From Candidatus Hydrogenedentota bacterium (lineage in GTDB: Bacteria; Hydrogenedentota; Hydrogenedentia; Hydrogenedentales; SLHB01), in the NCBI GenBank assembly GCA_034408725.1, contig JAWXCN010000098.1:14996-78995 (forward strand): 64,000 nucleotides of DNA, read 5' to 3'. A model generated the notes under the pieces. That model made no database searches. It saw only the letters and a list, made by a program, of their open reading frames with translations, and was not told the origin of the DNA. This document shows, in pieces, positions 26,420 through 35,666 of this stretch. The first letter of the stretch is position 1. Each line of letters begins with the position of its first letter. Made by a program: the position numbers and the translations under genes.

Positions 26420-27703
26420 ATGCCCATACTAACCGTCGTCATGATCATGCGCGATGAAGCCGATTGGCTTCCCGCATGCCTCGAAAGCGTCCGTGCGATC
26501 GCCGATAACATCGTCATCGGCGACACAGGTTCCACCGACACATCGATTGCAATCGCACAACGCTACGGCGTGAAAGTCGTCCCCGTCCCCTGGACCAACG
26601 ATTTCGCCGCCGCGCGGAATTCCGTGCTGGCCGAGGCGCATGGCGATTGGCTCCTGCACATGGATGCCGACGAAAATCTCGAACTTCACGGTGCCGCAAC
26701 CATCCGCGCATTGATAGATGACGACGGCCGCGGCGCGGATGCAATCGAAGTGACGCTCGGCAACTACTGCGACGACGTGCGCGCATGGCGCTGGGTCGCC
26801 TGCGCGACAGACGATCCCAATGCGCGCGGACGCACCGGGTACATCGCCGTGCCGCTCTTGCGCCTGTTCCGGAACCATTGCGGCTATCACTACCGCGAAC
26901 CCGTCCATGAGAACATCACCGAAAGCGTCATGGAATCCGGCGGCGTCATCGGACAAGCGCACGACATCCTCATTCATCATCACGGATTTGGAAAAGGCGG
27001 CCCTGAAAAAGCCGCGCGCTATCTCGATATCGCGCGACAAAAGGTCGCATTGCGCCCAGACGACGCAAAAGCGTGGCATGACCTCGCCGAACAACTGGTC
27101 TCAATGGACCGCGCCGGGCAAGCGCGGGAGGCTGCGCAACGAGCTTTGCAATGCGACGCGCATCACATCGCAGCAGCAACGACCTTGGCCAATATCATGC
27201 TCAACAATGGCGAACTCGACCCCGCGCGAAAATTTCTCGAACCCTTCGCCGAGACTCCGAACGCACCGCCGCACGTGTTGATCGCGCTATGCGCCATAGC
27301 ATGCAAAGAAGGCCGCATCGAAGATGCGCGCCTACTCTCGGATCGCGCAATCGGCATCGCGCCAAATAATGTTCTCGCGCGCCTTACCGCGGCCCGAGCA
27401 TGCGATCTGCTCGGGAACTTTCAGGATTCACGCGCCCACCTCGACAGGGCCCGCAAAATTGCGCCGGCTGTGGAAGAAATTATCGTGCGTTGTGAAGCGC
27501 ACCAACTGCGCGCGGAAGCGAAGCCGCTGCTCACTGAAAACCCAAAGCGCGCACTTGCAACGCTTGTAGCGGCACTCAAACTTGATCCAGAAGATCCCCT
27601 CATCCATGCGCACATCGCCGAAGTGCTGGAAGCCTTGGGCGATCCCATTCGCGCCTGCCAGTCACGCGAACGCGCCTTCGCGCTTGCCCCGCGATTTCAA
27701 TAA
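26420..27703 (+). CDS. GT2 (GT-A fold) glycosyltransferase with C-terminal TPR domain, paralog 2
   Basis: ILTVVMIMRDEA..CLESV....DNIVIGDTGSTDTSIAIA...W.NDFAAARN...DWLLHMDADE, followed by TPR-like repeats. Clear paralog of 21901-23310. Confidence 0.8.
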   Translation: MPILTVVMIMRDEADWLPACLESVRAIADNIVIGDTGSTDTSIAIAQRYGVKVVPVPWTNDFAAARNSVLAEAHGDWLLHMDADENLELHGAATIRALIDDDGRGADAIEVTLGNYCDDVRAWRWVACATDDPNARGRTGYIAVPLLRLFRNHCGYHYREPVHENITESVMESGGVIGQAHDILIHHHGFGKGGPEKAARYLDIARQKVALRPDDAKAWHDLAEQLVSMDRAGQAREAAQRALQCDAHHIAAATTLANIMLNNGELDPARKFLEPFAETPNAPPHVLIALCAIACKEGRIEDARLLSDRAIGIAPNNVLARLTAARACDLLGNFQDSRAHLDRARKIAPAVEEIIVRCEAHQLRAEAKPLLTENPKRALATLVAALKLDPEDPLIHAHIAEVLEALGDPIRACQSRERAFALAPRFQ

Positions 27704-27728
27704 CGGACAAAGCCGCTGGGCAATCCCT

Positions 27729-27756
27729 GGAGGGCGGGTTTTCCAACCCGCCATTT
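27729..27756. repeat. Family C repeat, copy 2 (reverse orientation)
   Basis: GGAGGGCGGGTTTTCCAACCCGCCATTT. Internal hairpin GGCGGGTT/AACCCGCC. Confidence 0.8.
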
Positions 27757-27789
27757 TCTTGATATTTCATGCCCGCCCTATCGGAAACA

Positions 27790-29106
27790 TTACGGCGTGA
27801 GAATATATCCCGTCTCACCGTGGTCGCATTGGTCGAGTCCCATCATTTCATGTTCTGAATTCGGCCGCAGACCAATCGTCGCGCGAAGTACTCCGAGAAT
27901 CACCACCGACACCACCGCGCACCATGCGCCGCAGGCAACGGCGGCGAATATTTGCGTCTGGAGCTGGGCCGCGATATCGAGATTCGCCATCGTTCCACCG
28001 AAACGGTCAGAAGCAAATACGCTCAACAAAATCGTTCCCACGATTCCACCCACGCCATGCACACCCACAACGTCCAGCGAATCGTCGTACCCAAATCGCC
28101 GCTTAATCGTGGTTGCGCCAAGGTAACAGCAAATGCCTGACACAAGACCAATGATCACTGCGCCGCCCGGGCCCACCGATCCCGCCGCGGGCGTAATCGC
28201 CGCGAGACCCGCAATCGCGCCGGTAGCAAAACCAAGCGCGCTGGGCTTTCCAATCCGGACCCATTCGATCATCATCCACGTCAACGCCGCAACGCTCGGC
28301 GATATCTGCGTAACGACAATCGCCATGCCCGCCGTGCCGTTCGCCGCGAGCGCGCTGCCGCCGTTGAACCCAAACCATCCGACCCACAACATCGCGGTGC
28401 CCGTCAATGTCATCGTCATGTTGTGCGGCGGCATCGGCGATGTCGGGTACCCCCTGCGTTTGCCCACCATGATCGCCGCCACAAGCGCCGACACGCCCGC
28501 GGTAATGTGTACAACGATCCCGCCCGCGAAATCGATCACCTTTTTGTCGTAAAAGTACGCGCCTTCACCGCCCCACACCATATGCGCAACAGGAAGGTAT
28601 CCAAAAATGACCCACAACGCCGAAAAAATGATCATCGCCGAAAATTTCATGCGCTCCGCGAACGCGCCGACGATCAGTCCCGGCGTAATGATCGCGAAGG
28701 TTAGCTGGAAAATGAAAAACACCGGCTCGGGAATCGTGCCCCACGCGCTATCCGCGGTCACGCCCTGCATGAACACTTTCGACATCGGCCCGATGAACGC
28801 GCGAATGCCGCCGCCTTCGGCCGATCCGAACGCCAGGCTATATCCAAACGCAACCCAGATAACCGTGACAATCGCGGCGATGACAAAGCACTGCATGTAC
28901 ACCGACAACACGTTCTTTACGCGCACCAGCCCACCGTAGAACATCGCGAGGCCGGGAATCATCATGAACAACACCAGCGCGGACGCCGTCAATATCCACG
29001 CCGTATCGCCCGCGCTAATTTCCTGTGCATGCGCGCGCTGAGCCAGGAAAAGCCCACCCGCGAACATCGCACACCATCGACCCAATCTCCAACCGCCTGC
29101 ACGCAT
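27790..29106 (-). CDS. amt: Ammonium transporter (Amt family)
   Basis: Signal peptide, then DTAWILTASALVLFMMIPGLAMFYGG. AGGIVVHITAG and GVHGVGGIVG twin-His blocks. GGGAGGG RBS. Confidence 0.92.
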   Translation of the reverse strand: MRAGGWRLGRWCAMFAGGLFLAQRAHAQEISAGDTAWILTASALVLFMMIPGLAMFYGGLVRVKNVLSVYMQCFVIAAIVTVIWVAFGYSLAFGSAEGGGIRAFIGPMSKVFMQGVTADSAWGTIPEPVFFIFQLTFAIITPGLIVGAFAERMKFSAMIIFSALWVIFGYLPVAHMVWGGEGAYFYDKKVIDFAGGIVVHITAGVSALVAAIMVGKRRGYPTSPMPPHNMTMTLTGTAMLWVGWFGFNGGSALAANGTAGMAIVVTQISPSVAALTWMMIEWVRIGKPSALGFATGAIAGLAAITPAAGSVGPGGAVIIGLVSGICCYLGATTIKRRFGYDDSLDVVGVHGVGGIVGTILLSVFASDRFGGTMANLDIAAQLQTQIFAAVACGAWCAVVSVVILGVLRATIGLRPNSEHEMMGLDQCDHGETGYILTP

Positions 29107-29246
29107 GACGCACCCTCCCTCTGGTTACTTCATACCCTGGTTCCCGTTGACACGCGAAAAGACAGAATGCCCGCTGTCCAATCGCGACCCGGCGCCAACA
29201 GGAATTTCCCCCTACACGAAACCGCACGATAGTAGCAAAGCAAACC

Positions 29247-29292
29247 GGGGACTGTCACCGTCAGCGCGTTCTGGCTGACGGTGACAGTCCCC
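29247..29292. repeat. 46-nt palindromic repeat, family A, copy 2 (perfect 19-bp arms)
   Basis: GGGGACTGTCACCGTCAGC-gcgttctg-GCTGACGGTGACAGTCCCC. Confidence 0.9.
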
Positions 29293-29382
29293 GGCCCCGA
29301 ATCACGTACCCACGCCTTGCATAGATTGACAAGCAGGAAGAAATGGGAAGGACGCCGCGGAATGCACGGCGTATGGAATGGC

Positions 29383-30732
29383 CTACACCTCGCTAAGGTA
29401 ATTCAGCTTTCCCGTGCTGTCCCCGAAATTATCGGTGGGAACGCCAACATGCTCGAGCATGTTCAAATACAGGTTGGCCATCGGTGTGTCGGAGGCATAC
29501 TTGACATGGCGACCGGTCTTGACAGCGCCGCCGGCGTTTCCGGCAAGCACTATCGGCAGGTCATTGTGATTGTGTCGATTCCCATCACCAATGCCGCTGC
29601 CATATATGATCATAGAATGATCGAGCAACGTGCCGTCGCCATCTTCGGTCGCTTTCATGCGGTCGATGAAATATGCGAACTGTTCCATGTGGTACCGGTT
29701 GATCTTGCGGATGTCCGCGATCTTTTCTTCATCGCCCTGGTGGTGGCTGATGCCGTGATGCCCACCGGTCACGCCAACCTCCCGATACGCGCGGTTGCTG
29801 CCTTCCCCCGCCATCATGAACGTGGAAACGCGGGTCTGATCCGTCTGGAACGCGAGCACCTGCAAATCGAACATCAGCCGCGCATATTCCGCATAGTCCT
29901 TCGGCGCGCTCTCGGGGACTTCCAGATCGATGCCCTCGCCGTATGCGAGTTTTTCGTTGGATTCGATGCGCCGTTCAATCATGCGGACCGCATAAAGATA
30001 TTCATCCAGTTTGCGCCGGTCCGTCGGACCAAGCGAAACCTGCAACCGCTTCGTATCTTCCAATACAAAATCCAGGATGCTGCCGCGATACTTCATGCGT
30101 TTTTCGCGCGCAGCCAAATCCAGCGATTCCTCGGAGCGTCCAAACAACCGGTTGAACACTGCGCGCGGGTTCCCTTCAGGTGGGTTCGGCGTCGTTGCCG
30201 TCCGCCACGAAATGCTGTTGGAATACGCGCAGCTATATCCGGTATCGCAATTCCCCGCGAGTTTGCCGGGTTCGCAGGTAAGTTCGAGTGAGGCGTATGG
30301 CGTGAATTGCCCAAGGTGTTGCGCGGCGATCTGATCAATCGAAATGCCCGCGCGAATATCCGCGCCGTCGGTTTTATTCGGATGCACGCCTGTTAAAAAT
30401 ACCGCTGACGCGCGCGCATGATCGCCGCCGCCATCGCCTAGCGCTTTTGCATTGTGATGGCTCAGACCGGACAGCACCATCATCTGGTCGCGATGGGGCT
30501 GGAGCGGTTCGAGAATATGCGGCAGCGCGAAATCCTTGCCCTCCGCCGCGGGCGTCCAGTCTTCCACAATGACACCGTTGGGAATGTATACAAACGCCAT
30601 CCGCACCGGCGACGCCGCAGGCTTGGGCGTTGCGGCCGCCATCGCGTCAAGCATCGGCAGCGCCATCGTCGCGCCAATGCCGCGCAGGAAGGTCCTACGA
30701 TCCAACTTCTTCTGTTGCAGTATCGTCATCAT
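29383..30732 (-). CDS. DUF1552 family protein (Tat-exported)
   Basis: Twin-arginine signal DRRTFLRGIGATMALPMLDAM. HHN..AL and GISHHQGD blocks typical of DUF1552 partners of PSCyt/DUF1588 proteins. The start overlaps the upstream gene by ~38 nt. Confidence 0.8.
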   Translation of the reverse strand: MMTILQQKKLDRRTFLRGIGATMALPMLDAMAAATPKPAASPVRMAFVYIPNGVIVEDWTPAAEGKDFALPHILEPLQPHRDQMMVLSGLSHHNAKALGDGGGDHARASAVFLTGVHPNKTDGADIRAGISIDQIAAQHLGQFTPYASLELTCEPGKLAGNCDTGYSCAYSNSISWRTATTPNPPEGNPRAVFNRLFGRSEESLDLAAREKRMKYRGSILDFVLEDTKRLQVSLGPTDRRKLDEYLYAVRMIERRIESNEKLAYGEGIDLEVPESAPKDYAEYARLMFDLQVLAFQTDQTRVSTFMMAGEGSNRAYREVGVTGGHHGISHHQGDEEKIADIRKINRYHMEQFAYFIDRMKATEDGDGTLLDHSMIIYGSGIGDGNRHNHNDLPIVLAGNAGGAVKTGRHVKYASDTPMANLYLNMLEHVGVPTDNFGDSTGKLNYLSEV

Positions 30733-32686
30733 GTTTCTCGACTTCGCCTCTCCGTTTCTGAAACGGCAAACTGTTCGCAATCTCGTACACAAGCGACGAA
30801 AACCGGTACTCGCTTTCCGCGACCTTTCCGGTGATCTCCTCGACCACCGGCGCGTCGTAAGGCTCAAGCCCTCTGCCTAGTCCGTAGATTAACATTTTCT
30901 CCGCGAGACAGCGAGTAAAATCATTCTTGCGCTCCAGCAGCGTCGCCTTCAATTCCGCGACCCCCGCAAACGACCGGCCATCGGGTAATACTCCCGTATT
31001 ATCAATGGGTTGCGAGCCTTCCATCGTTCGCCACGCGCCAATCGCGTCGAAATTTTCCAGCCCAAATCCCAACGGATCGATACGAGCATGGCACGACGCG
31101 CAACTCTCGTTTTCACGGTGCGCCTCAAGCCGTTGCCGCATCGGCGCCGACTGATCGATCTTCGCCAACTCCAGATCGGGTACGTCCGGTGGCGGTGGCG
31201 GTGGAGGCGCCGCCAGGATATTTTGTAATACCCACACGCCGCGCAACACGGGCGACGTGCGCGTAGGATACGATGTCACCGTCAGCACGCTCGCCTGGGT
31301 GAGCACTCCGCCACGTTGCGCGCGATCGACTGTGACGCGCTGGAACGCGTCTCCGGAAATCCCGTCAATCCCATAGTGCTTCGCCAGCGCCTCATTCACA
31401 AACGTGTAGTCTGCATCAATGAAATCGAGGATGCTGCGGTCTTCCTGCACGACGGAATGAAAGAACAGCTTCGTTTCTTCCGCCATCGCGGCGCGCAGCG
31501 CATCGTTGAACGAAGGAAACAACTCCGGATCCGGGTCCGCAGTCGTCATGTTGCGGAACTGAAGCCATTGCCCCGCAAAATGCTCCGCCAACGCAATCGA
31601 TTTGGGATCGCGCAACATCCGATCAATTTCTCCTCGCAACACACCCGGATTGCGCAACCGTCCGGACTGCGCGGCATCGAGCAATGCGTCGTCGGGCATG
31701 CTGCTCCAGAGGAAATACGACAGGCGCGACGCCAAAGCGTAGCTGTCCACACGGCGATCGGGATTGCCAAACCGGCCGCGCTCGTTCGCTTCCACACGAA
31801 ACAGGAACTGCGGCGACACGAGCATCGCCTGCAACGCAAGCTCGATCCCCTGCTCGAAGTTGTCGTCGTTCTCTCTCGCGAGTTGCACAAATCCGATCAA
31901 GCGATTTATCTCGCCGCGCGTCGGGGGACGCCGGTACGCTTGCCGCGCCAATGGCGCCAGAATCCGCCTCGCGCATGCATCCGAATGTTCTTTACCCTCG
32001 TGGGTACACGAAAAAATGTACCGTTTCGCAGCCGCATCCTCCGGTTCGGCGACTTCACGCGCCACCGCGTCGCGCGCAATTCGTTCAGCCGCGGTCAGGT
32101 ACTTTTCCATCAGCAGCGGCGACAAAGAAAGGACGCTCCCAATCGTATCGAACCCGTAACCGCTGTCGTCAGGCGGGAAATCGTCCGCGGGCCGGAAATC
32201 CACGCCCAACAGATCGCGTACGGTGTTGTTGTACTCCGCCCGGTTCAGCCGCCGAACCGTCACCCGTCCCGCGTGCGGCTCCACCGTCGCAAGCCGCGCC
32301 CGCTGCTGTTCATCGAGAAAGTCCACCAAGGTGGTAATTTCATCCGCCGTGGGTTGCGTCTGCTTCTTCGGCGGCATCTGCCCCGACCGCACCATCTCCA
32401 CGACCCTGCCCCACAGCTCCCCCTGCTCCAGCGCAACTTCCGTCGATGCGAACGATTCGAGATCGACGTCGCCCCGCATCCGGTCCGCATTGTGACACTT
32501 CACGCAATACTCGGATAAAAACGGCGTCACCGTCGATTCAAACGCCGCCACCGCCTCCGGCGTAACCTCCGCCGATTCACCCGATCCAGCAACCGTCTCG
32601 CAACCGCTCAAAAACAATGCCCCAGCTCCCAACGGCAAATACACCGCCAGAAACCGAAGCGTTGATATCACTTTAATTCGATGCAT
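30695..32686 (-). CDS. PSCyt/DUF1587-DUF1592-DUF1595-DUF1588-DUF1585 family protein (planctomycete cytochrome-c-like)
   Basis: CVKCHN heme-binding-like motif near the N-terminus. CASCHARIDPLGFGLENFDAIGAWR block near the C-terminus. Lipoprotein-like signal LFLSGC. Start set at MHRIKV. Confidence 0.8.
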   Translation of the reverse strand: MHRIKVISTLRFLAVYLPLGAGALFLSGCETVAGSGESAEVTPEAVAAFESTVTPFLSEYCVKCHNADRMRGDVDLESFASTEVALEQGELWGRVVEMVRSGQMPPKKQTQPTADEITTLVDFLDEQQRARLATVEPHAGRVTVRRLNRAEYNNTVRDLLGVDFRPADDFPPDDSGYGFDTIGSVLSLSPLLMEKYLTAAERIARDAVAREVAEPEDAAAKRYIFSCTHEGKEHSDACARRILAPLARQAYRRPPTRGEINRLIGFVQLARENDDNFEQGIELALQAMLVSPQFLFRVEANERGRFGNPDRRVDSYALASRLSYFLWSSMPDDALLDAAQSGRLRNPGVLRGEIDRMLRDPKSIALAEHFAGQWLQFRNMTTADPDPELFPSFNDALRAAMAEETKLFFHSVVQEDRSILDFIDADYTFVNEALAKHYGIDGISGDAFQRVTVDRAQRGGVLTQASVLTVTSYPTRTSPVLRGVWVLQNILAAPPPPPPPDVPDLELAKIDQSAPMRQRLEAHRENESCASCHARIDPLGFGLENFDAIGAWRTMEGSQPIDNTGVLPDGRSFAGVAELKATLLERKNDFTRCLAEKMLIYGLGRGLEPYDAPVVEEITGKVAESEYRFSSLVYEIANSLPFQKRRGEVEKHDDDTATEEVGS

Positions 32687-32845
32687 ACTGCTCTGAAACC
32701 AGGTTACAAGACTTTCGTAAAGGTACCATTCCAGCCCTGCGCGCGACAAAACCGTTGCACTTCGCTGCCTCAACCGCTTCCGTATCAATTGACCTAATCA
32801 CGCTGCCCGGCTAACATGTACGTAACCCAAAAGGTAAACCGGCCC

Positions 32846-33184
32846 ATGAGCACACAAACATTCCTACACTTCAAACCCTACCGGGCCAAATCCCTGCAAC
32901 TCTCTATTGCCGCGCCAATCGCTCTGATTTGGCTCGCGCTCGCGACATTATCCGTTGTTTGGTGGGCCGGTCTCATTATTGCCACCGGCCTCGGAACAGC
33001 CGGCGGACCCCACTGGACCAAACCCTATCTCATGGTTGTCTGCACACTCGCCATCGCCATGGCCGCGATGGAAGCTGTCTTCTTCCACCGCGCTACCCAA
33101 GGCCGCTCGCGCCTGTGGCACCACTTCGCAATGTTCTCCGCCGCATTCGTCATAGTGGCCATGATAGCCATCGTCGGCGACTGA
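32846..33184 (+). CDS. Small polytopic membrane protein (hypothetical)
   Basis: 112 aa with 3-4 hydrophobic helices. The start is uncertain (32816 or 32846). Confidence 0.45.
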   Translation: MSTQTFLHFKPYRAKSLQLSIAAPIALIWLALATLSVVWWAGLIIATGLGTAGGPHWTKPYLMVVCTLAIAMAAMEAVFFHRATQGRSRLWHHFAMFSAAFVIVAMIAIVGD

Positions 33185-33350
33185 TTTTCGACCTTGCTTC
33201 ACGTATTTCCATTTTTCATCGAATCAAAATGCGAATCGTTCTTCATTTCGTCGGCTAAATGACCCTCGTCTCGCAAACTGCCCGTCATATCCCGAATCCT
33301 CCGAGTGCAACACGCTGCCCTATTTGGTAAGGGATTTGTAACGTGATCGG

Positions 33351-34301
33351 CTATCGAACCGATCCCAGCGCAAACTCCTTCGCGTGCACCAATCGCGTCA
33401 GCAGCGTATTTGTCGGACACGCGATCCCGTGTTGGTCCCCCAATCGCGCTATCGCGCCGTTGAGCGCATCGATTTCCGTGCGCCGAAGATTGATAAAATC
33501 CGCGCGCATGCTCGCGTAGTGCGCCGCCGTCGGCGGGATGAGGTCGTTGAAGAGATGCGGAATATACGCCTCCGGCGTCGCAGGATCCATTGGCACGTCC
33601 ATGACCTTCGCGACCGCATAAAGTTCGTGCACGATCTCCCGCATCGTCTCGCGCGTGTGTTCCGTGTCGAGCAATGCGCCATACGGCACGTCCAGCAGTG
33701 CCGACATCGGGTTCAACGCGCAGTTGTACGCAACCTTGTTCCACAAAACCGTGCGTATTCGGTCGGTATACACCGTCGGCATTCCCGCCGCGTGCATCGC
33801 CTCCGCGATCTCCCGCACGCGCGCGACCGGCGCGTCCGCGTGATACGCTCCAATAGCTGTCGGGTTCGCAATCACCGTCACATCAACATGTCCCGGCGCG
33901 CGCACCACGACCCCGTAAATCGCGCGCGCGCCGATGGTCCGCTCCCAACCAATCCGCGCCGCAATGGCCTCCGCATTGCCCAGCCCGTTCTGATACGAAC
34001 ATACCAGCGTATTGTCATCAACGAGCGGCGATATGAGGGCTGCTGTCGCCGCCGTGTCGTATGCCTTCACCGTGACGAGAATGAGATTGAATTCGCCCCG
34101 GCGGAAACCTTCCCCAGACGTGCGGGTATCGATACCCGTAACATGATGTTTGCCCCAGATACCCGTAACGTGCAAACCGCCCGCGCGTATCGCCTCCATG
34201 TGCGCCGCACGTCCAATGAGCGACACGGCATGCCCATGCTCGGCCATGAACCCACCGACAACACTGCCAATCGCTCCCGCGCCGGCGATAAGGATATTCA
34301 T
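33351..34301 (-). CDS. panE: 2-dehydropantoate 2-reductase (ketopantoate reductase)
   Basis: MNILIAGAGAIGSVVGG Rossmann fold. VKAYD. NGLGN. KVAYNCALNP and C-terminal ApbA_C blocks. GGAAGG RBS. Confidence 0.85.
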   Translation of the reverse strand: MNILIAGAGAIGSVVGGFMAEHGHAVSLIGRAAHMEAIRAGGLHVTGIWGKHHVTGIDTRTSGEGFRRGEFNLILVTVKAYDTAATAALISPLVDDNTLVCSYQNGLGNAEAIAARIGWERTIGARAIYGVVVRAPGHVDVTVIANPTAIGAYHADAPVARVREIAEAMHAAGMPTVYTDRIRTVLWNKVAYNCALNPMSALLDVPYGALLDTEHTRETMREIVHELYAVAKVMDVPMDPATPEAYIPHLFNDLIPPTAAHYASMRADFINLRRTEIDALNGAIARLGDQHGIACPTNTLLTRLVHAKEFALGSVR

Positions 34302-34333
34302 CGTATAAAAACCTTCCGCTCTTGCTCAGTACC

Positions 34334-34361
34334 AAATGGCGGGTTGGAAAAACCGCCCTCC
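34334..34361. repeat. Family C repeat, copy 3
   Basis: AAATGGCGGGTTGGAAAAACCGCCCTCC, 14 nt from family A copy 3. Confidence 0.8.
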
Positions 34362-34375
34362 GTTGGCGGTAGTAT

Positions 34376-34421
34376 AGGGGACAGTCACCGTCGGCGCGTT
34401 TTGGCCGATGGTGGCTGTCCC
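34376..34421. repeat. 46-nt palindromic repeat, family A, copy 3
   Basis: GGGGACAGTCACCGTCGGCGCGTTTTGGCCGATGGTGGCTGTCCCC. Confidence 0.85.
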
Positions 34422-34450
34422 CGAACCACGTAAATGAAAGGCCCAAGTCC

Positions 34451-35512
34451 ATGCGAGTTATTCTCCGACCCATTTTCTTATTTGCCATAACTCTCTCTGC
34501 CGCAATCGCAAACGACGGCCCATTCCTCGCCGTGCCCGCGGGGGGCATCCATTTTCAAAAAACCGACGCCATCAGCATGGACAAGGAAGATCTCTTCATC
34601 AGCGAAGACAAAATCCGCGTCGCCTACGTCTTCCGCAACACCACCGCCGAAGACTTCACCACCGAAGTTGCGTTCCCGCTACCCATCTACAGTCTCGATG
34701 AATTCGAAGGCATGAAACCCGCCTATGCAAATTTTAGCGTGAAGGTCAATAACAAACTGGTCGAGTTCCGTACCATCGAACGCGCCGTGCTCTGCAAACC
34801 CCAGGAAAAGGAATGGGCCGCGCCCGCGCGCGGACAGTGGAGCCCCGACAAGGACATCACCGACGCGCTCACGAATCACAACATGCCTGTTGGCGAACCC
34901 GAAAAGGTATGGGAGGCCATTGATAATCTCTCAGACGAAGCGCTCGCCGACCTCGTCGCCGCGGGCGCGATTGTCGAAGACTACGAAGTGCGCGTGCCGA
35001 AGTGGAAAGTGCAGACCGCGTACGTGTGGAAACAGACATTCCCCGTGAACGCGGAATTGCGCGTCGAACACGAGTACGAGCCGCAGATTGGTTATTTTCA
35101 AGAGTGGCATCTCGAGCCGTTTGTCGATGAAGTCTATGCAGGAAAAATGGAATTGGACGCAGTCCCAAAATTCGGCACCGCCGAATTCAACGCGAAGTCC
35201 GCCCCGTTCCTGAAACAGTACGACATCGATCAAGGGGTACTGGGGTGGGCCGAAAAGCAGCGTGCCGCAAAAAAACGCTTCAGTTTCACAGTCGTAAATT
35301 ACATCCTCACCACCGCCGCGTATTGGAAAGGGCCCATCAAGGAATTCACATTGACGATTGAAAAGCCGCAGACACAGGAGCCGGTAGCGGTGTCAACCGC
35401 GGTAGATGGATTGAAAAAAATCGATGAGCGGCGCTTCAGCGTCACGCGCAAAGATTTCGTGCCGGAGAAGGATCTGTCCGTCGTGTTTATCCACGCATAT
35501 GAGGAGTTCTAA
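34451..35512 (+). CDS. Secreted hypothetical protein (DUF4424-like by recollection)
   Basis: Signal peptide MRVILRPIFLFAITLSAAIA. The N-terminal block GGIHFQKTDAISMDKEDLFIS...VAYVFRNTT...EVAFPLP resembles DUF4424. Confidence 0.55.
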   Translation: MRVILRPIFLFAITLSAAIANDGPFLAVPAGGIHFQKTDAISMDKEDLFISEDKIRVAYVFRNTTAEDFTTEVAFPLPIYSLDEFEGMKPAYANFSVKVNNKLVEFRTIERAVLCKPQEKEWAAPARGQWSPDKDITDALTNHNMPVGEPEKVWEAIDNLSDEALADLVAAGAIVEDYEVRVPKWKVQTAYVWKQTFPVNAELRVEHEYEPQIGYFQEWHLEPFVDEVYAGKMELDAVPKFGTAEFNAKSAPFLKQYDIDQGVLGWAEKQRAAKKRFSFTVVNYILTTAAYWKGPIKEFTLTIEKPQTQEPVAVSTAVDGLKKIDERRFSVTRKDFVPEKDLSVVFIHAYEEF

Positions 35513-35563
35513 CCCTAATTCGCCTCAACTCGTTAAGCAGAAATCCTCAACCTAAGCGAACGC

Positions 35564-35626
35564 GGATTCAAAGTCTAAATGCACCGGCCTTGCCGCTGCC
35601 GGGGCATTTAGACCTTGAATCCGCAA
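35564..35626. repeat. 21-bp inverted repeat (1 mismatch) with a 21-nt loop
   Basis: GCGGATTCAAAGTCTAAATGC ... GCATTTAGACCTTGAATCCGC. A related string AAGACCTTGAATCAGGTCC occurs at 37766-37784. Confidence 0.85.
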
Positions 35627-35657
35627 AGTCCCCCTTTGAAGGGGGGTAGGGGGGATG
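35626..35657. repeat. Family B repeat, copy 4
   Basis: AAGTCCCCCTTTGAAGGGGGGTAGGGGGGATG. Confidence 0.85.
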
Positions 35658-35666
35658 TGAATTGCG

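Noticed and set aside
29107-29246. Sigma54 (-24/-12) promoter upstream of amt (TGGCGC-CGGGT-CGCG)
   Set aside because: The spacing and the GC dinucleotide of the -12 element do not fit TGGCAC-N5-TTGC. No NtrC-type sites were recognised.
29281-30291. 336-aa plus-strand ORF opposite the DUF1552 gene
   Set aside because: It is a shadow ORF whose 5' end is built from family A repeat DNA.
31316-32518. 400-aa plus-strand ORF inside the PSCyt/DUF1588 gene
   Set aside because: It is a shadow ORF with Arg-rich composition. The opposite strand carries the conserved CxxCH-like and DUF1588 blocks.
33384-34433. 349-aa plus-strand ORF opposite panE
   Set aside because: It is a shadow ORF with extreme Arg/His content. 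The panE motifs lie on the minus strand.
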